Positions 1 to 9,718 of a stretch of 43,300 nucleotides of DNA are shown here, piece by piece. The notes below the pieces were generated by a model. That model had not been told where the DNA came from, did no database searches, and worked only from the letters and a program-made list of their open reading frames with translations. Position numbers and translations under genes: made by a program. The stretch's first letter is position 1; each line of letters begins with the position of its first letter. The stretch lies in the sequence record DRR723986_8671; one strand, written 5' to 3'.

Positions 1-1
1 G

Positions 2-2086
2 CCGAAAGGTGTCGTCGTTACTCGCGAGGGACTCAAGAACCTTCTGTGTTGCCTGAGTACCGAGCTTCGCCTTCTGCCACAAGACAAGGTGCTCAGCGCG
101 ACCACGATCGGGTTCGACATTGCCGGGCTTGAGCTCTACGGCCCGCTGCTGGTTGGTGCAGGCGTAGTGCTGTTTGAGGGCAACCAGCGCGAAGCGGACC
201 GTCTCCATGACTGGATCGGCCAGGAAAAACCAACAATCATGCAGGCAACGCCATCGCTCTGGCGGTCGCTTCTGGAGGTTGGGCCACTGCCACGTTTGCA
301 GGTTCTTGTGGGCGGTGAGGCTCTGGACGGCGGACTAGCGTCGCGGCTGCAAGCCGCAGGGCCGGTGACGAATGTCTATGGCCCGACCGAGACAACGATC
401 TGGTCTGTGGGCGCACCTGTTTCCCCCGAAAGTTCTGGCATTCCGTCTATCGGGCAACCTTTGTGGAACTCGCAGGTCTACGTACTTGATGAGACCCTTC
501 AGCCTGTCGCCGACGGTATTTCCGGCGAACTCTACATCGGCGGGCTTGGGCTCGCACGTGGCTATCACGGGCGTTCGGACCTGACGAGCGAACGCTTTGT
601 TGCCGATCCGTTTGCAGGCCGTGGCACGCGCATGTACCGGACCGGGGACACGGTCTATCGCAGAAGCAACGGTGAGCTTGTGTTCCTGGGACGCGGAGAC
701 AGCCAGGTCAAGATTCGAGGCCATCGTATCGAGCTTGGCGAGATCGAGGCGACTATCGCATCGATGACAAACATTGCGCATGCGGTGGTCTTGGACCGGC
801 CGGATGGAACGCGAGGTTCTTCGCTCGTTGCCTATGTTGTTCCGGAAGAAGGGGCTGAACTTAACACTGAAGAGCTTCGTTCCGTGCTCCAGCGAAACCT
901 GCCTGACTACATGGTGCCTGGCGCTTTTATCGTACTCCCGGAATTGCCGCTGACACCAAATGGAAAGCTGAACCGTCTGGCGCTACCGGATCCTGTCTGG
1001 AAACAGGGAGAAACAAGTCCGGCAACACTCCAGGAAACGTTGTTGTGCAATCTCTTCGCTGAACTGCTGCCCGGCGTAGTGCCGGGACCGGAAGACAGTT
1101 TCTTTGATATGGGGGGGCATTCGCTGCTCGCCGCACGCCTGAAGGCACTGATGAAGGAACGCATGGGCCTGGACGTCAGCCTTCGAGATATCTTCGAAAC
1201 ACCGACGGTGCGCGGTCTGCTGTCGCTCCGGCAAGGTCGCAAGACCGGTTTGCTGGAGCCGGTGCTGCAGATCCGGCGGGCAGGATGTCAGGCGCCACTA
1301 TTCTGCGTTCATCCGGGCTTCGGTCTTGGTTGGACGTATGCCGGTCTTGCTTCCGTCCTGCCAGCCGATGTCCCGATCATCGCCCTTCAGGCGCGCGGCT
1401 ACATCGGCGAGGCCGTTTTGCCTTCAACGCTGAACCAAATGGCGGCCGATTACGTCGCAAGTGTCAACAAGGTGGCCAGCACGGGCCCGGTTCGGTTGCT
1501 TGGTTGGTCGTTCGGAGGGCTGGCTGCCTTCGAAATGGCACGTCTTTTGGAAGAAAGCGGCAGAGACGTCGAGTTTCTGATGCTTCTGGACAGTTATCCG
1601 ATGCAAGAAGGAGACCCGTTGCCGGATCTTTCAGATAGTGGAGCACGCGGTGCGTTCCTTGAAATGATTGGCTTCGATCCGCATGGACGAGTACCCGAAG
1701 ACATTACCTTTGATGATGTCCGGAGATTTCTGGAAGACAGTGCCCATCCTCTGGCAGACCTCAGCCCAGTCGACTTCAACAACATGCTGCGGATCGCCCG
1801 AAACAACGCGCTGCTCGCACATGGCTATCGGCCCAAGACGTTAAACTGTCCCCTGGTGCATTACGCTTCGAACGATACGAAGCGTATGCTGGGTGTTGAG
1901 GCCGATCCCTGGGAAAACCGGACAAGCGGACAATTCGAGGCGCACGCACTCGACTGTACACACCATGAAATGACATCGCAGCAGGCCCTTTGCGAAATCG
2001 GCGAGGGACTGACTGCTTTGATGAACCTTGGCGATCAGCCGTTCAGGCAGGCCGTTGCGGAAGGGAGACTAAAGAATGTCGGTTGA
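2..2086 (+). CDS. NRPS terminal module (A-PCP-TE), 5'-truncated by the window edge
   Basis: The frame is open from nt 2 (PKGV.., end of core motif A3). A-domain motifs FDIA, NVYGPTETT, GELYIGGLGLARGY, MYRTGD, QVKIRGHRIELGEIE and NGK; PCP motif FFDMGGHSL; TE motifs GWSFGG, LLDS and a C-terminal His (CTHHEM). Confidence 0.97.
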   Translation, partial: PKGVVVTREGLKNLLCCLSTELRLLPQDKVLSATTIGFDIAGLELYGPLLVGAGVVLFEGNQREADRLHDWIGQEKPTIMQATPSLWRSLLEVGPLPRLQVLVGGEALDGGLASRLQAAGPVTNVYGPTETTIWSVGAPVSPESSGIPSIGQPLWNSQVYVLDETLQPVADGISGELYIGGLGLARGYHGRSDLTSERFVADPFAGRGTRMYRTGDTVYRRSNGELVFLGRGDSQVKIRGHRIELGEIEATIASMTNIAHAVVLDRPDGTRGSSLVAYVVPEEGAELNTEELRSVLQRNLPDYMVPGAFIVLPELPLTPNGKLNRLALPDPVWKQGETSPATLQETLLCNLFAELLPGVVPGPEDSFFDMGGHSLLAARLKALMKERMGLDVSLRDIFETPTVRGLLSLRQGRKTGLLEPVLQIRRAGCQAPLFCVHPGFGLGWTYAGLASVLPADVPIIALQARGYIGEAVLPSTLNQMAADYVASVNKVASTGPVRLLGWSFGGLAAFEMARLLEESGRDVEFLMLLDSYPMQEGDPLPDLSDSGARGAFLEMIGFDPHGRVPEDITFDDVRRFLEDSAHPLADLSPVDFNNMLRIARNNALLAHGYRPKTLNCPLVHYASNDTKRMLGVEADPWENRTSGQFEAHALDCTHHEMTSQQALCEIGEGLTALMNLGDQPFRQAVAEGRLKNVG

Positions 2087-3626
2087 TATCCTCAATCCCG
2101 TGGAACCTGAACACGCCGTACAGCGCGGGATACCGATGACCGGCGCGGAGTTCATCGACAGTCTCCAGGACCAGCGCTGTGTCTATTTCAATGGAGAGCG
2201 GGTGACCGACCTGACGGGTCATCCTGCCTTTCGCAACTCGGTACGTTCCCTGGCACGACTTTACGATGCCCTGCATCAGGATCACGATAGCGGCACCAAT
2301 GTCCTGACCGCACCTGCCGATGCCGATCCAACCGGTTACACACACCGATATTTCAAGGTCGCCAGAACGGCAGAGGACCTGCTCGGTCAACAGAAGGCGA
2401 TCGCGGAATGGTCGAAGCTGAGCTACGGCTGGATGGGACGCTCACCGGACTACAAGGCAGCGATCGTCAACACGCTAGACGCCAACGCGGCCTATTACGG
2501 CCCGTTCGCTGTCAACGCGCGTTGCTGGTATCATCTGGCTCAGCAGCGCACCTATTTCATGAACCATGCTGTGGCCAATCCGCCGATTGACCGGGCGAAG
2601 CCTTTCAGCGATGCAAAAGACATCCTGGTTCACGTTGTCAAGGAAACAGACGCGGGGCTTTATCTTTCAGGTGCAAAGGTCGTCGCGACTTCGGCAGCAC
2701 TGACCCACTACAACTTTCTCAGCCACCACGCGGTCTCGGAAACCAACGAACCGCCTACGGCTTTCATGTTCTTTCTCGACATGTCGACGCCGGGCATCAA
2801 GCTGATCTGCCGGAACTCCTACGAATATGCGGCGAGCCAATCCTCGACCCCGTTCGACAGCCCGCTGTCTTCCCGCTTCGACGAAAACGACGCCATTCTC
2901 GTTCTCGACAACGTTTTCGTGCCCTGGGAGAACGTGCTGGTCTATGGGCCTGCACACAAGCCTATCGATTTCCTGATGGACACGGGCTACCTGCAAGGCA
3001 CCTGTTTCCACGGATGCACCCGGTTTGCGGTGAAGCTGGACTTTCTCGCCGGTCTACTGACCAGGGCGTTGCACATCACCAGTGGTGACGAGTTTCGCGG
3101 AAATCAGGTTCTGCAAGGGGAGGTGATCGCCCTGCGTCACCTGTTCTGGTCGTTGTCGGATGCAATGGCCCGGACACCAGAAGCCTTTGCAGACGGCGCT
3201 TTCCTGCCGGGACTATCGGCCGCGCAGGCCTATCGCGCGCTTGCGCCCGATGCCTACGGTCGTGTGAAGGAGATTGTCCAGAAGATCGTCGCGTCCGCAC
3301 TGATCTATCTGCCGTCTTCCGCAAAGGACTTCCAGAATCCCGAGATCGACGGTTATCTGGAACGGTACGTGCGCGGCTCCAACGGCGTTGGCTACAAGGA
3401 CCGTATCAAGCTGATGAAGCTGCTGTGGGACGCCACGGGCTCGGAATTTGCAGGGCGTCACGAGCTTTATGAGCGCAATTATGCCGGCAATCATGAAGAG
3501 GTTAAACTGCAACTTCCTGCAATCGCACGGCGCGACGGTTCAATGGACCAGATGCTGTCGCTTGTTGACCAGTGCCTTGATGATTATGATGAATTCGGCT
3601 GGTGCAACACGGCGTGGAAAGACTGA
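2076..3626 (+). CDS. 4-hydroxyphenylacetate 3-monooxygenase family (HpaB/PvcC/SgcC-like) FAD-dependent oxygenase
   Basis: Motifs MTGAEFIDSL, HPAFRNS, GWMGRSPDYK, GAKVVAT, PLSSRFDENDA..VFVPWENV and SEFAGRHELYERNYAG; overlaps the NRPS stop by 11 nt; GGGAG RBS upstream. Confidence 0.93.
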   Translation: MSVDILNPVEPEHAVQRGIPMTGAEFIDSLQDQRCVYFNGERVTDLTGHPAFRNSVRSLARLYDALHQDHDSGTNVLTAPADADPTGYTHRYFKVARTAEDLLGQQKAIAEWSKLSYGWMGRSPDYKAAIVNTLDANAAYYGPFAVNARCWYHLAQQRTYFMNHAVANPPIDRAKPFSDAKDILVHVVKETDAGLYLSGAKVVATSAALTHYNFLSHHAVSETNEPPTAFMFFLDMSTPGIKLICRNSYEYAASQSSTPFDSPLSSRFDENDAILVLDNVFVPWENVLVYGPAHKPIDFLMDTGYLQGTCFHGCTRFAVKLDFLAGLLTRALHITSGDEFRGNQVLQGEVIALRHLFWSLSDAMARTPEAFADGAFLPGLSAAQAYRALAPDAYGRVKEIVQKIVASALIYLPSSAKDFQNPEIDGYLERYVRGSNGVGYKDRIKLMKLLWDATGSEFAGRHELYERNYAGNHEEVKLQLPAIARRDGSMDQMLSLVDQCLDDYDEFGWCNTAWKD

Positions 3627-3650
3627 CGCGCAAGGTTGGGAGAGACGGCG

Positions 3651-3860
3651 ATGACAAATCCATTCGACGATCCGGACGGCATTTTCCATGTGCTGGTGAA
3701 TGACGAGGAACAGCATTCTCTCTGGCCCGAATTCGTGCCGATCCCCGATGGCTGGCGGTCGGTCTTCGGCCCCGGCAAGCGGCAGGACTGCGTGGACTAT
3801 GTCAACGCCAACTGGACCGACATCCGCCCGAAAAGCCTTCGGGATGCTGCCCTGAACTGA
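3651..3860 (+). CDS. mbtH: MbtH-like protein
   Basis: [35 protein letters not shown], containing the three conserved Trp; ATG at 3651 with GGAGAG RBS. Confidence 0.97.
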   Translation: MTNPFDDPDGIFHVLVNDEEQHSLWPEFVPIPDGWRSVFGPGKRQDCVDYVNANWTDIRPKSLRDAALN

Positions 3861-3906
3861 CATATTTCTCAAACGGTGATGATCCACCTGGAGCGCCTGG
3901 TCTTCG

Positions 3907-5547
3907 ATGAATTTCTTTCGTCTCTTGTATCGTGAAGCGGGCGACAGCAAACGCACCTTCCTGCTGCTTTCCCTGGTGCCCGGGCTGGTCATGGGGCTGA
4001 TTATCGCCGTCATCAACGCGGTGACGAACTATCAGCAGAACACCGGTCTGCAGTGGCAGTATCTCGGTCTCTTCGTGCTTGGCTGCGCGACCGTTCTCTT
4101 CACGATGAATCGCGCCCTCAACATGGCAACCGCAATCATCGCCGATTATCTGTGTCGTTTGCGGATCCGGGTGACCGCGCAAGTCCGCAGTCTGAACCTC
4201 GCAACCGTAGAAGAAATCGGCCTGACCCGTATCAGGGCAGCTGTTGGTCGTGACCATCAGACAATCGAGGAAACAGCGCCAGCGCTTGTAGGTCTGATCT
4301 ATTTCGTCATGCAGTTGGTCATGTCGGCGCTCTATATCTGCTATCTCTCGCCGCTGGCCTTTATCGTCACCCTGGCGTTTCTGGCCGGCGCCATCTTCTT
4401 CTATCGCAAGAGCTACCGCGATGCGGAGGAACTGATGCGCCAGGCAAGCCTGAGCGAACAGGCCTTTCACAACAGCTTCGAGAATATTCTCAGCGGCTTC
4501 AAGGAAGTGAAACTGAACGCGCAGCGCAGCGACGATCTCTTCCACAACTACATCATTCCGCGATCAGAGCAGGTCGAGGATCTACGGGTGGAATCCGGCC
4601 GCTCCTTCAACTATGGCCAGTCTGTCAGTGATGTCTTCTTCTATACGCTCATGGGAACGCTGGTCTTTGCCATACCGTTTTATGTGTCGGACCTCTCGAT
4701 CCCGGGCAAGATTGTCACGGTGATCGTCTTTGCCAGCGGCGCGATCACTTCGATCATCCGCATGTTGCCGGTGGTTTCGCGTGCCAATCTGGCGGTGTCC
4801 AATATCGAGGAATTGAGAGAGCTTCTGGAAAAACACAGCGAAGCCATGGATGAGCGCAGCGAAGTGCGGCAGGCAAGGCTTTCCAAAGGCATATCCCTGA
4901 AGAAGATTGCCTACACCTATCATAGCGAAGATGGCGACCGCCCGTTTTCGATCGGGCCGTGTGACCTGGAAATTGCATCGGGCGAAATGGTCTTCATCGT
5001 GGGTGGCAACGGCAGTGGCAAGTCTACTCTCGCGAAGATCCTGACCGGTCTCTATGAGCCGGATGGCGGTCATCTGTCATGGGACGACAAGGTCGTCAAA
5101 CCTGAAAACATCGACCGGTATCGCAGCCTGTTTTCGGTCATCTTTTCCGATTTCCACCTCTTCGACCGGCTTTATGGTGTGGATCTGACGGACGAGCAGA
5201 AGCTTTATGACCTGCTGGAAGACATGAAACTGGACGAGAAGGTTCACTACCGGAACAACCGGTTCAGCACGACGAACCTGTCCACCGGCCAGAGAAAGCG
5301 GCTCGCCATGGTCGTTGCCCTGCTGGAAGACAGGGATGTCTACCTCTTTGACGAATGGGCCGCCGATCAGGATCCGGAGTATCGGCGCTGGTTCTATACA
5401 GATTTCCTGATGAAACTGAAGAAAGAGGGTCGCACCGTCATCGCGATCACGCATGATGACCGGTATTTCGATGTTGCAGACAAGATCGTCTGGATGGAAG
5501 AAGGCAGGATCAGCAAGGTGTCCAGTCCGGCTGATGCCACGGTCTGA
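3907..5547 (+). CDS. Cyclic peptide export ABC transporter (SyrD/PvdE/YojI family)
   Basis: N-terminal transmembrane domain, Walker A GGNGSGKST, signature LSTGQRKR, and family motifs DEWAADQDP and ITHDDRYF. Confidence 0.95.
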   Translation: MNFFRLLYREAGDSKRTFLLLSLVPGLVMGLIIAVINAVTNYQQNTGLQWQYLGLFVLGCATVLFTMNRALNMATAIIADYLCRLRIRVTAQVRSLNLATVEEIGLTRIRAAVGRDHQTIEETAPALVGLIYFVMQLVMSALYICYLSPLAFIVTLAFLAGAIFFYRKSYRDAEELMRQASLSEQAFHNSFENILSGFKEVKLNAQRSDDLFHNYIIPRSEQVEDLRVESGRSFNYGQSVSDVFFYTLMGTLVFAIPFYVSDLSIPGKIVTVIVFASGAITSIIRMLPVVSRANLAVSNIEELRELLEKHSEAMDERSEVRQARLSKGISLKKIAYTYHSEDGDRPFSIGPCDLEIASGEMVFIVGGNGSGKSTLAKILTGLYEPDGGHLSWDDKVVKPENIDRYRSLFSVIFSDFHLFDRLYGVDLTDEQKLYDLLEDMKLDEKVHYRNNRFSTTNLSTGQRKRLAMVVALLEDRDVYLFDEWAADQDPEYRRWFYTDFLMKLKKEGRTVIAITHDDRYFDVADKIVWMEEGRISKVSSPADATV

Positions 5548-5658
5548 AGCCGCCGGATGAGTTCTTGACGGTAGGGCCTGGCCACTGTCCAGGTCACTTT
5601 TCAACAGGGTGAAACAGTCTGCCCTCCGATTACCATCTCCAGAGTTCCGGGAGTTAAC

Positions 5659-6360
5659 TTGCCAGGCACCAAGGCGATCATTCTGGGGACGGCCAGCTGC
5701 AGCTCCGAGGATCTCGAATCTGCGCTGGAAATTCTCTCGGAGGACGAACTTCAGCGGTTTCGCGCGTTTCATTTCGATCAGGACCGGAAGGACTACGCGC
5801 TTGCACATGCGTTGCTGCGGAAAACCCTGAGTGATCTGGAACCCGGTACGGCACCGCGCGACTGGCAGTTCGCGCCAATGGCTACGGGAAAGCCGGCGGT
5901 CGCCGGACGGTCAGACCTCGACTTCAGCCTGACGCATACACGTGGCCTGGTTGCGTGCGCCGTGACAAGGGAAGGCGTGATCGGCATTGATGCGGAAACG
6001 GATCAGCGCACGGTCGAAGTAGACATGTTGATGCGCGACGTTTGTTCACCCGGAGAAAGACAAGAGCTGGCGAAGGTTGAAGGAGCTCACAAGAACTCCA
6101 GATTTCTGGATTTCTGGACGCTGAAAGAGGCGTATCTGAAAGCTGTCGGCCTGGGCATTACAGCCGATCTGACCACCGTCAGCTTTACCTTGGCTGACGA
6201 TCGGGACATCGCAATTTCCGCGCCGCCCGACCTCCGCCGTCCGGCCAGTTCCTTCCAGATCAGCCGGCGTCCAGGGCACTGGCGTGTCGCGCTGGCGGTC
6301 TTTGGCGGAATAGACGCTAGGGACGTTGAAATCATCCTTTGTGAAAAGCGGAGCTTTTGA
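5659..6360 (+). CDS. Sfp/HetI-type 4'-phosphopantetheinyl transferase
   Basis: Motifs LSEDE, GKP, FSLTH, IGIDAE and FWTLKEAYLKAVGLGI; TTG start with GGAG upstream. Confidence 0.93.
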   Translation: MPGTKAIILGTASCSSEDLESALEILSEDELQRFRAFHFDQDRKDYALAHALLRKTLSDLEPGTAPRDWQFAPMATGKPAVAGRSDLDFSLTHTRGLVACAVTREGVIGIDAETDQRTVEVDMLMRDVCSPGERQELAKVEGAHKNSRFLDFWTLKEAYLKAVGLGITADLTTVSFTLADDRDIAISAPPDLRRPASSFQISRRPGHWRVALAVFGGIDARDVEIILCEKRSF

Positions 6361-6492
6361 AAAGCCCCGAAATTTGTTATTTCGCGTCTAGTAAAGTCGA
6401 TCGACATGAGAACAAGCTTGGACGACGCGACTTGCGGCCTGTCCAGCCTGGACGGTGGACGTCCGGAGCCAGTTCCTTGCAGTTGAAGAAAA

Positions 6493-7494
6493 ATGCAACA
6501 GTATCAAGAGCATAAGTTTTCCATCGCCCCCATGATGGAGTGGACGGATCGCCATTGCCGCGCGTTTCACCGGCAACTGACGCGGCATGCGCTGCTCTAT
6601 ACGGAGATGGTGACGACTGGAGCGGTGATCCATGGCGACCGGCAGCATCTGCTAGGCTTTTCCGATATTGAGCACCCGGTTGCCTGTCAGTTGGGCGGAT
6701 CTGATCCGAAGGACATGGCGGAAGCCGCGCGGATCGTTGCTGATTTTGGCTATGACGAGGTCAATATCAACGTCGGTTGCCCGTCCGACCGGGTTCAATC
6801 CGGCCGCTTCGGTGCGTGCCTGATGGAAGAGCCCACCTTGGTGGCGGCATGTGTCGAGGCCATGAAGGCCGCCGTCGATATTCCCGTAACCGTGAAATGC
6901 CGGATCGGTGTCGACGAACAGGACACTGAAGCGGCGCTTGACGCCATGGCGGATGCCGTTTTTGCTGCGGGTGCAGATGCCTTGTGGGTGCACGCGCGCA
7001 AGGCCTGGCTCAAGGGACTCAGCCCAAAGGAAAATCGGGACATTCCTCCGCTCGACTATGAGCGGGTTCTGCGCCTGAAGCAACGTCTGCCGGACAGGTT
7101 CATCGGCCTCAACGGTGGCTTGCAGACGCTGGACCAGGCGGAGCCGTTCCTGGAGACCCTGGACGGCCTGATGTTTGGCCGTGCTGCCTATCACACTCCG
7201 CAGATCATGGGAGAGGTCGACCGGCGGCTCTATGGCGCCAGCGGGCCGGACGTCTCGCCCTGGGATGCGGTGAAGGCGCATATGGCTTATCTGGAAGAGC
7301 AATTGGGCAAGGGCGTAAAGCTGGCACATATGACGCGGCACATGCTGGGCCTGTTCCACGGGCGTCCGGGGGCGAGGTCCTGGCGGCGCATTCTGACAGT
7401 GGAGGCGATCAAGCCCGGTGCTGGTCTGGAAGTGGTCGAAAAGGCGCTTGCAGCGGTCAGTCCTGCAGGAGCCGAACTGGCGGCAGCCGAATAG
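6493..7494 (+). CDS. dusA: tRNA dihydrouridine(20/20a) synthase DusA
   Basis: FSIAPMMEWTDRHCR, NINVGCPSDRVQSGRFGACLM, VHARKAWLKGLSPKENRDIPPLDY. Confidence 0.97.
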   Translation: MQQYQEHKFSIAPMMEWTDRHCRAFHRQLTRHALLYTEMVTTGAVIHGDRQHLLGFSDIEHPVACQLGGSDPKDMAEAARIVADFGYDEVNINVGCPSDRVQSGRFGACLMEEPTLVAACVEAMKAAVDIPVTVKCRIGVDEQDTEAALDAMADAVFAAGADALWVHARKAWLKGLSPKENRDIPPLDYERVLRLKQRLPDRFIGLNGGLQTLDQAEPFLETLDGLMFGRAAYHTPQIMGEVDRRLYGASGPDVSPWDAVKAHMAYLEEQLGKGVKLAHMTRHMLGLFHGRPGARSWRRILTVEAIKPGAGLEVVEKALAAVSPAGAELAAAE

Positions 7495-7519
7495 GACTAT
7501 CGCGCGGTTCCCGATCCGC

Positions 7520-8233
7520 TCAAGGCGTCATGATCAACTTGTCGCCTTCGATGCGCCAACTGCGCAGATGATCAAGTGCGGTCATGCCGAAAAGGCTGGA
7601 ATCGAGCGTCCCCTGGCGCCCGACGAAACCGCGGATGTTGCGCAGCGTGTGATCGCCGATCGTGATCGTGTCGATCTTTACCGGCGCGACCAGTGCACGG
7701 CCGTTGGCGGTGGAAACCGGTACTGAAAATGTCAGGTCTTGTGGGCGATAGCCGGCACGCAGCGCGTCTTCATAGGTCAGGACAACGGCACTGGCGCCGG
7801 TATCAAGCAGAAACTCCGCACGGGCACCGTTGATGCGTCCATCCAGCACAAAATGCCCGCCAGCATCGCGGACAATCAGAATGGTGCCGTCGGGCTGGGT
7901 CACGGCAAGTCCGGGCGCCAGTGCTCCAAGAACGCGGTAACCCGCCTGGACCAGTTCCGCCTTGTAGACATAGCCGACAACGAGCAGGGCACAGAAGCCA
8001 CCCCAGAAAACCGTACCATGCAGAATTTCGCGGGCTTTCGGCTGGCCGAACAGGAAACTGGCCAGAAAAACGAAGGCGAGTGCGGAAAGGGCAACAACCC
8101 GGGGGCCAGTGTCATCGAAATTGACATTCGCCGGGTCGGTCGGGTCACCAAAAAACGCATAGAAAGCGGCAACGGCCATGACCAGCACCAGAATGACAAC
8201 CATCAGACCGCGGTAGTTTCTGGGGTTGTTCAT
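7520..8233 (-). CDS. Clan AA (retropepsin-like) aspartic protease, TIGR02281 family
   Basis: N-terminal TM helices, then GHF, LLDTGAS catalytic motif, VSTANG and SLFGM. Confidence 0.9.
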   Translation of the reverse strand: MNNPRNYRGLMVVILVLVMAVAAFYAFFGDPTDPANVNFDDTGPRVVALSALAFVFLASFLFGQPKAREILHGTVFWGGFCALLVVGYVYKAELVQAGYRVLGALAPGLAVTQPDGTILIVRDAGGHFVLDGRINGARAEFLLDTGASAVVLTYEDALRAGYRPQDLTFSVPVSTANGRALVAPVKIDTITIGDHTLRNIRGFVGRQGTLDSSLFGMTALDHLRSWRIEGDKLIMTP

Positions 8234-8421
8234 CCGCGCACTCCGGGCGGAGTGGTCGGCTGAGGCCGGTTCGCCAATTCTGCGAGGATCTGGTTGCGCT
8301 TGGCCTCACTGTAACTCGCCCAGGACGCGATTTCGTCAAGAGTGCGCAGGCAGCCTGTGCAAAGGCCTGATTTGGCGTCGATCTGGCAGATGTTGATACA
8401 AGGTGACTTCATGAAGCGCAT
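8230..8421 (-). CDS. DUF1289 domain small Cys-rich protein
   Basis: SPCINIC..GLCTGCLRTLDEIASW; ATGA overlap with the protease gene; start may be 8412. Confidence 0.9.
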   Translation of the reverse strand: MRFMKSPCINICQIDAKSGLCTGCLRTLDEIASWASYSEAKRNQILAELANRPQPTTPPGVRG

Positions 8422-8484
8422 ATGGCCGCAGATTGTGGCGTTGCCAAGACTGTATTGGGCGGAAAACAGCGAATAATGACCGGA

Positions 8485-9681
8485 TCAATAGCCGCCTGAC
8501 GCATAGGTGAACGGCGCGGTGATGACCTTGATCGGCAAGGTAACTGCTGCCTGTGCCGTCGTGCCCACAAAGGACCCCAGGTCGTCACCAAGATTGGCAC
8601 CACGGTTGTGGTCGGCACTGGACCCGAGTGCGGAGCTGCCGAGTGCCTTGCGCAAGTCAGGCTGCAGCTGTGCAAGCTGTGCAAATTTCGAATGGTTCGT
8701 GCTGTCCAGCGATTCAAGCTCGGTCACATCGATAACGACAGCACCGAGTTCCGCCAGTTCCTGATCGTTGGAAAAAGCCCCGACACGTTCCTTGCCACCT
8801 GCAATGGTGCGCGAGATGCGCAGGGCCTTGTCGTCACGCGAAACGATAACGGTAAAGGGCCGGGGCATCGGGCCAATTCGCTTGAGCTGGGTCTTGAAGA
8901 GGTCGATATCGATGTCGGGCGCCGCCAGAACGATGTCGTTGACATGCTTTGCGACAAGCCGGCGGTTTTCCGGTCGTGCCTGTACCGCGGTTTCCATCAA
9001 CAGCCAATTGCCCATTGAGTGGGCAAGAATGGTGATGTTGTCGGCATTGGTCTTGGCAAGTTCCACAAGCGTTTCTTCAAGGGCTCCGCGAGCAATCGCG
9101 GCGCTGTTGAGGTCGTAAACGTAATCCTGAAGTTTGCCGCGTGAGGCCCAGGTAAACAGAACCGGGACGCCCTGGAACTGACTGTCGTTGACAATCTGCG
9201 CGAACCGGTAAAGCCCTTCCGGAAAGCGCGTGTTGTAGCCGTGAATGAACAGCATTATGTCGCGTTCGCCACGTGGCAAACTGGCAAGCCTGGCGTTGAC
9301 GGAACGCCGGAAGGCGGCCTTGTCGGCAATGTAGTCGGCCTTGCGAGCAACAAAGTCGGTCTTGGGGTTACCCGGCAGACTTTCGGGCCACTCGATCTGG
9401 CCCGGTTTGTGAGAAGGCGGTACCGAAATCGAGGCTTCCGCGTAATTGACCGCGGCTGAACGCTCACCGCTGAAATAGGTGTCGGGGCGGTCGTCCCGCT
9501 GGCGGGTGGTGACGATCAGGATATCATTTACCCTGGCACCAACGACCGGGTCTTCGTTGAGCGCGAGCGCTCCTACCTCCGGCCTTCCGGAACAGGCGGA
9601 CAAGATGGCAAAAACGATCAACAGGGTTGCTGCGCGCAAACCTGTTGCTTCTCGTCTAACTGAATTGCCCGATACTGACAT
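8485..9681 (-). CDS. DUF900-family alpha/beta hydrolase lipoprotein
   Basis: Lipobox LSAC, LFIHGYN, FTWASRG, nucleophile elbow AHSMG, LAAPDID and C-terminal NHSKF. Start moved to 9681 to avoid overlap with cobS. Confidence 0.85.
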   Translation of the reverse strand: MSVSGNSVRREATGLRAATLLIVFAILSACSGRPEVGALALNEDPVVGARVNDILIVTTRQRDDRPDTYFSGERSAAVNYAEASISVPPSHKPGQIEWPESLPGNPKTDFVARKADYIADKAAFRRSVNARLASLPRGERDIMLFIHGYNTRFPEGLYRFAQIVNDSQFQGVPVLFTWASRGKLQDYVYDLNSAAIARGALEETLVELAKTNADNITILAHSMGNWLLMETAVQARPENRRLVAKHVNDIVLAAPDIDIDLFKTQLKRIGPMPRPFTVIVSRDDKALRISRTIAGGKERVGAFSNDQELAELGAVVIDVTELESLDSTNHSKFAQLAQLQPDLRKALGSSALGSSADHNRGANLGDDLGSFVGTTAQAAVTLPIKVITAPFTYASGGY

Positions 9682-9718
9682 GTGAGCTATTCCCGCCACC
9701 AAGGCCTCTATCCGATAC

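Noticed and set aside
7520-8233. Retropepsin-like protease as a sign of a retroelement
   Set aside because: Standard membrane-anchored bacterial TIGR02281 gene with no reverse transcriptase or integrase nearby.
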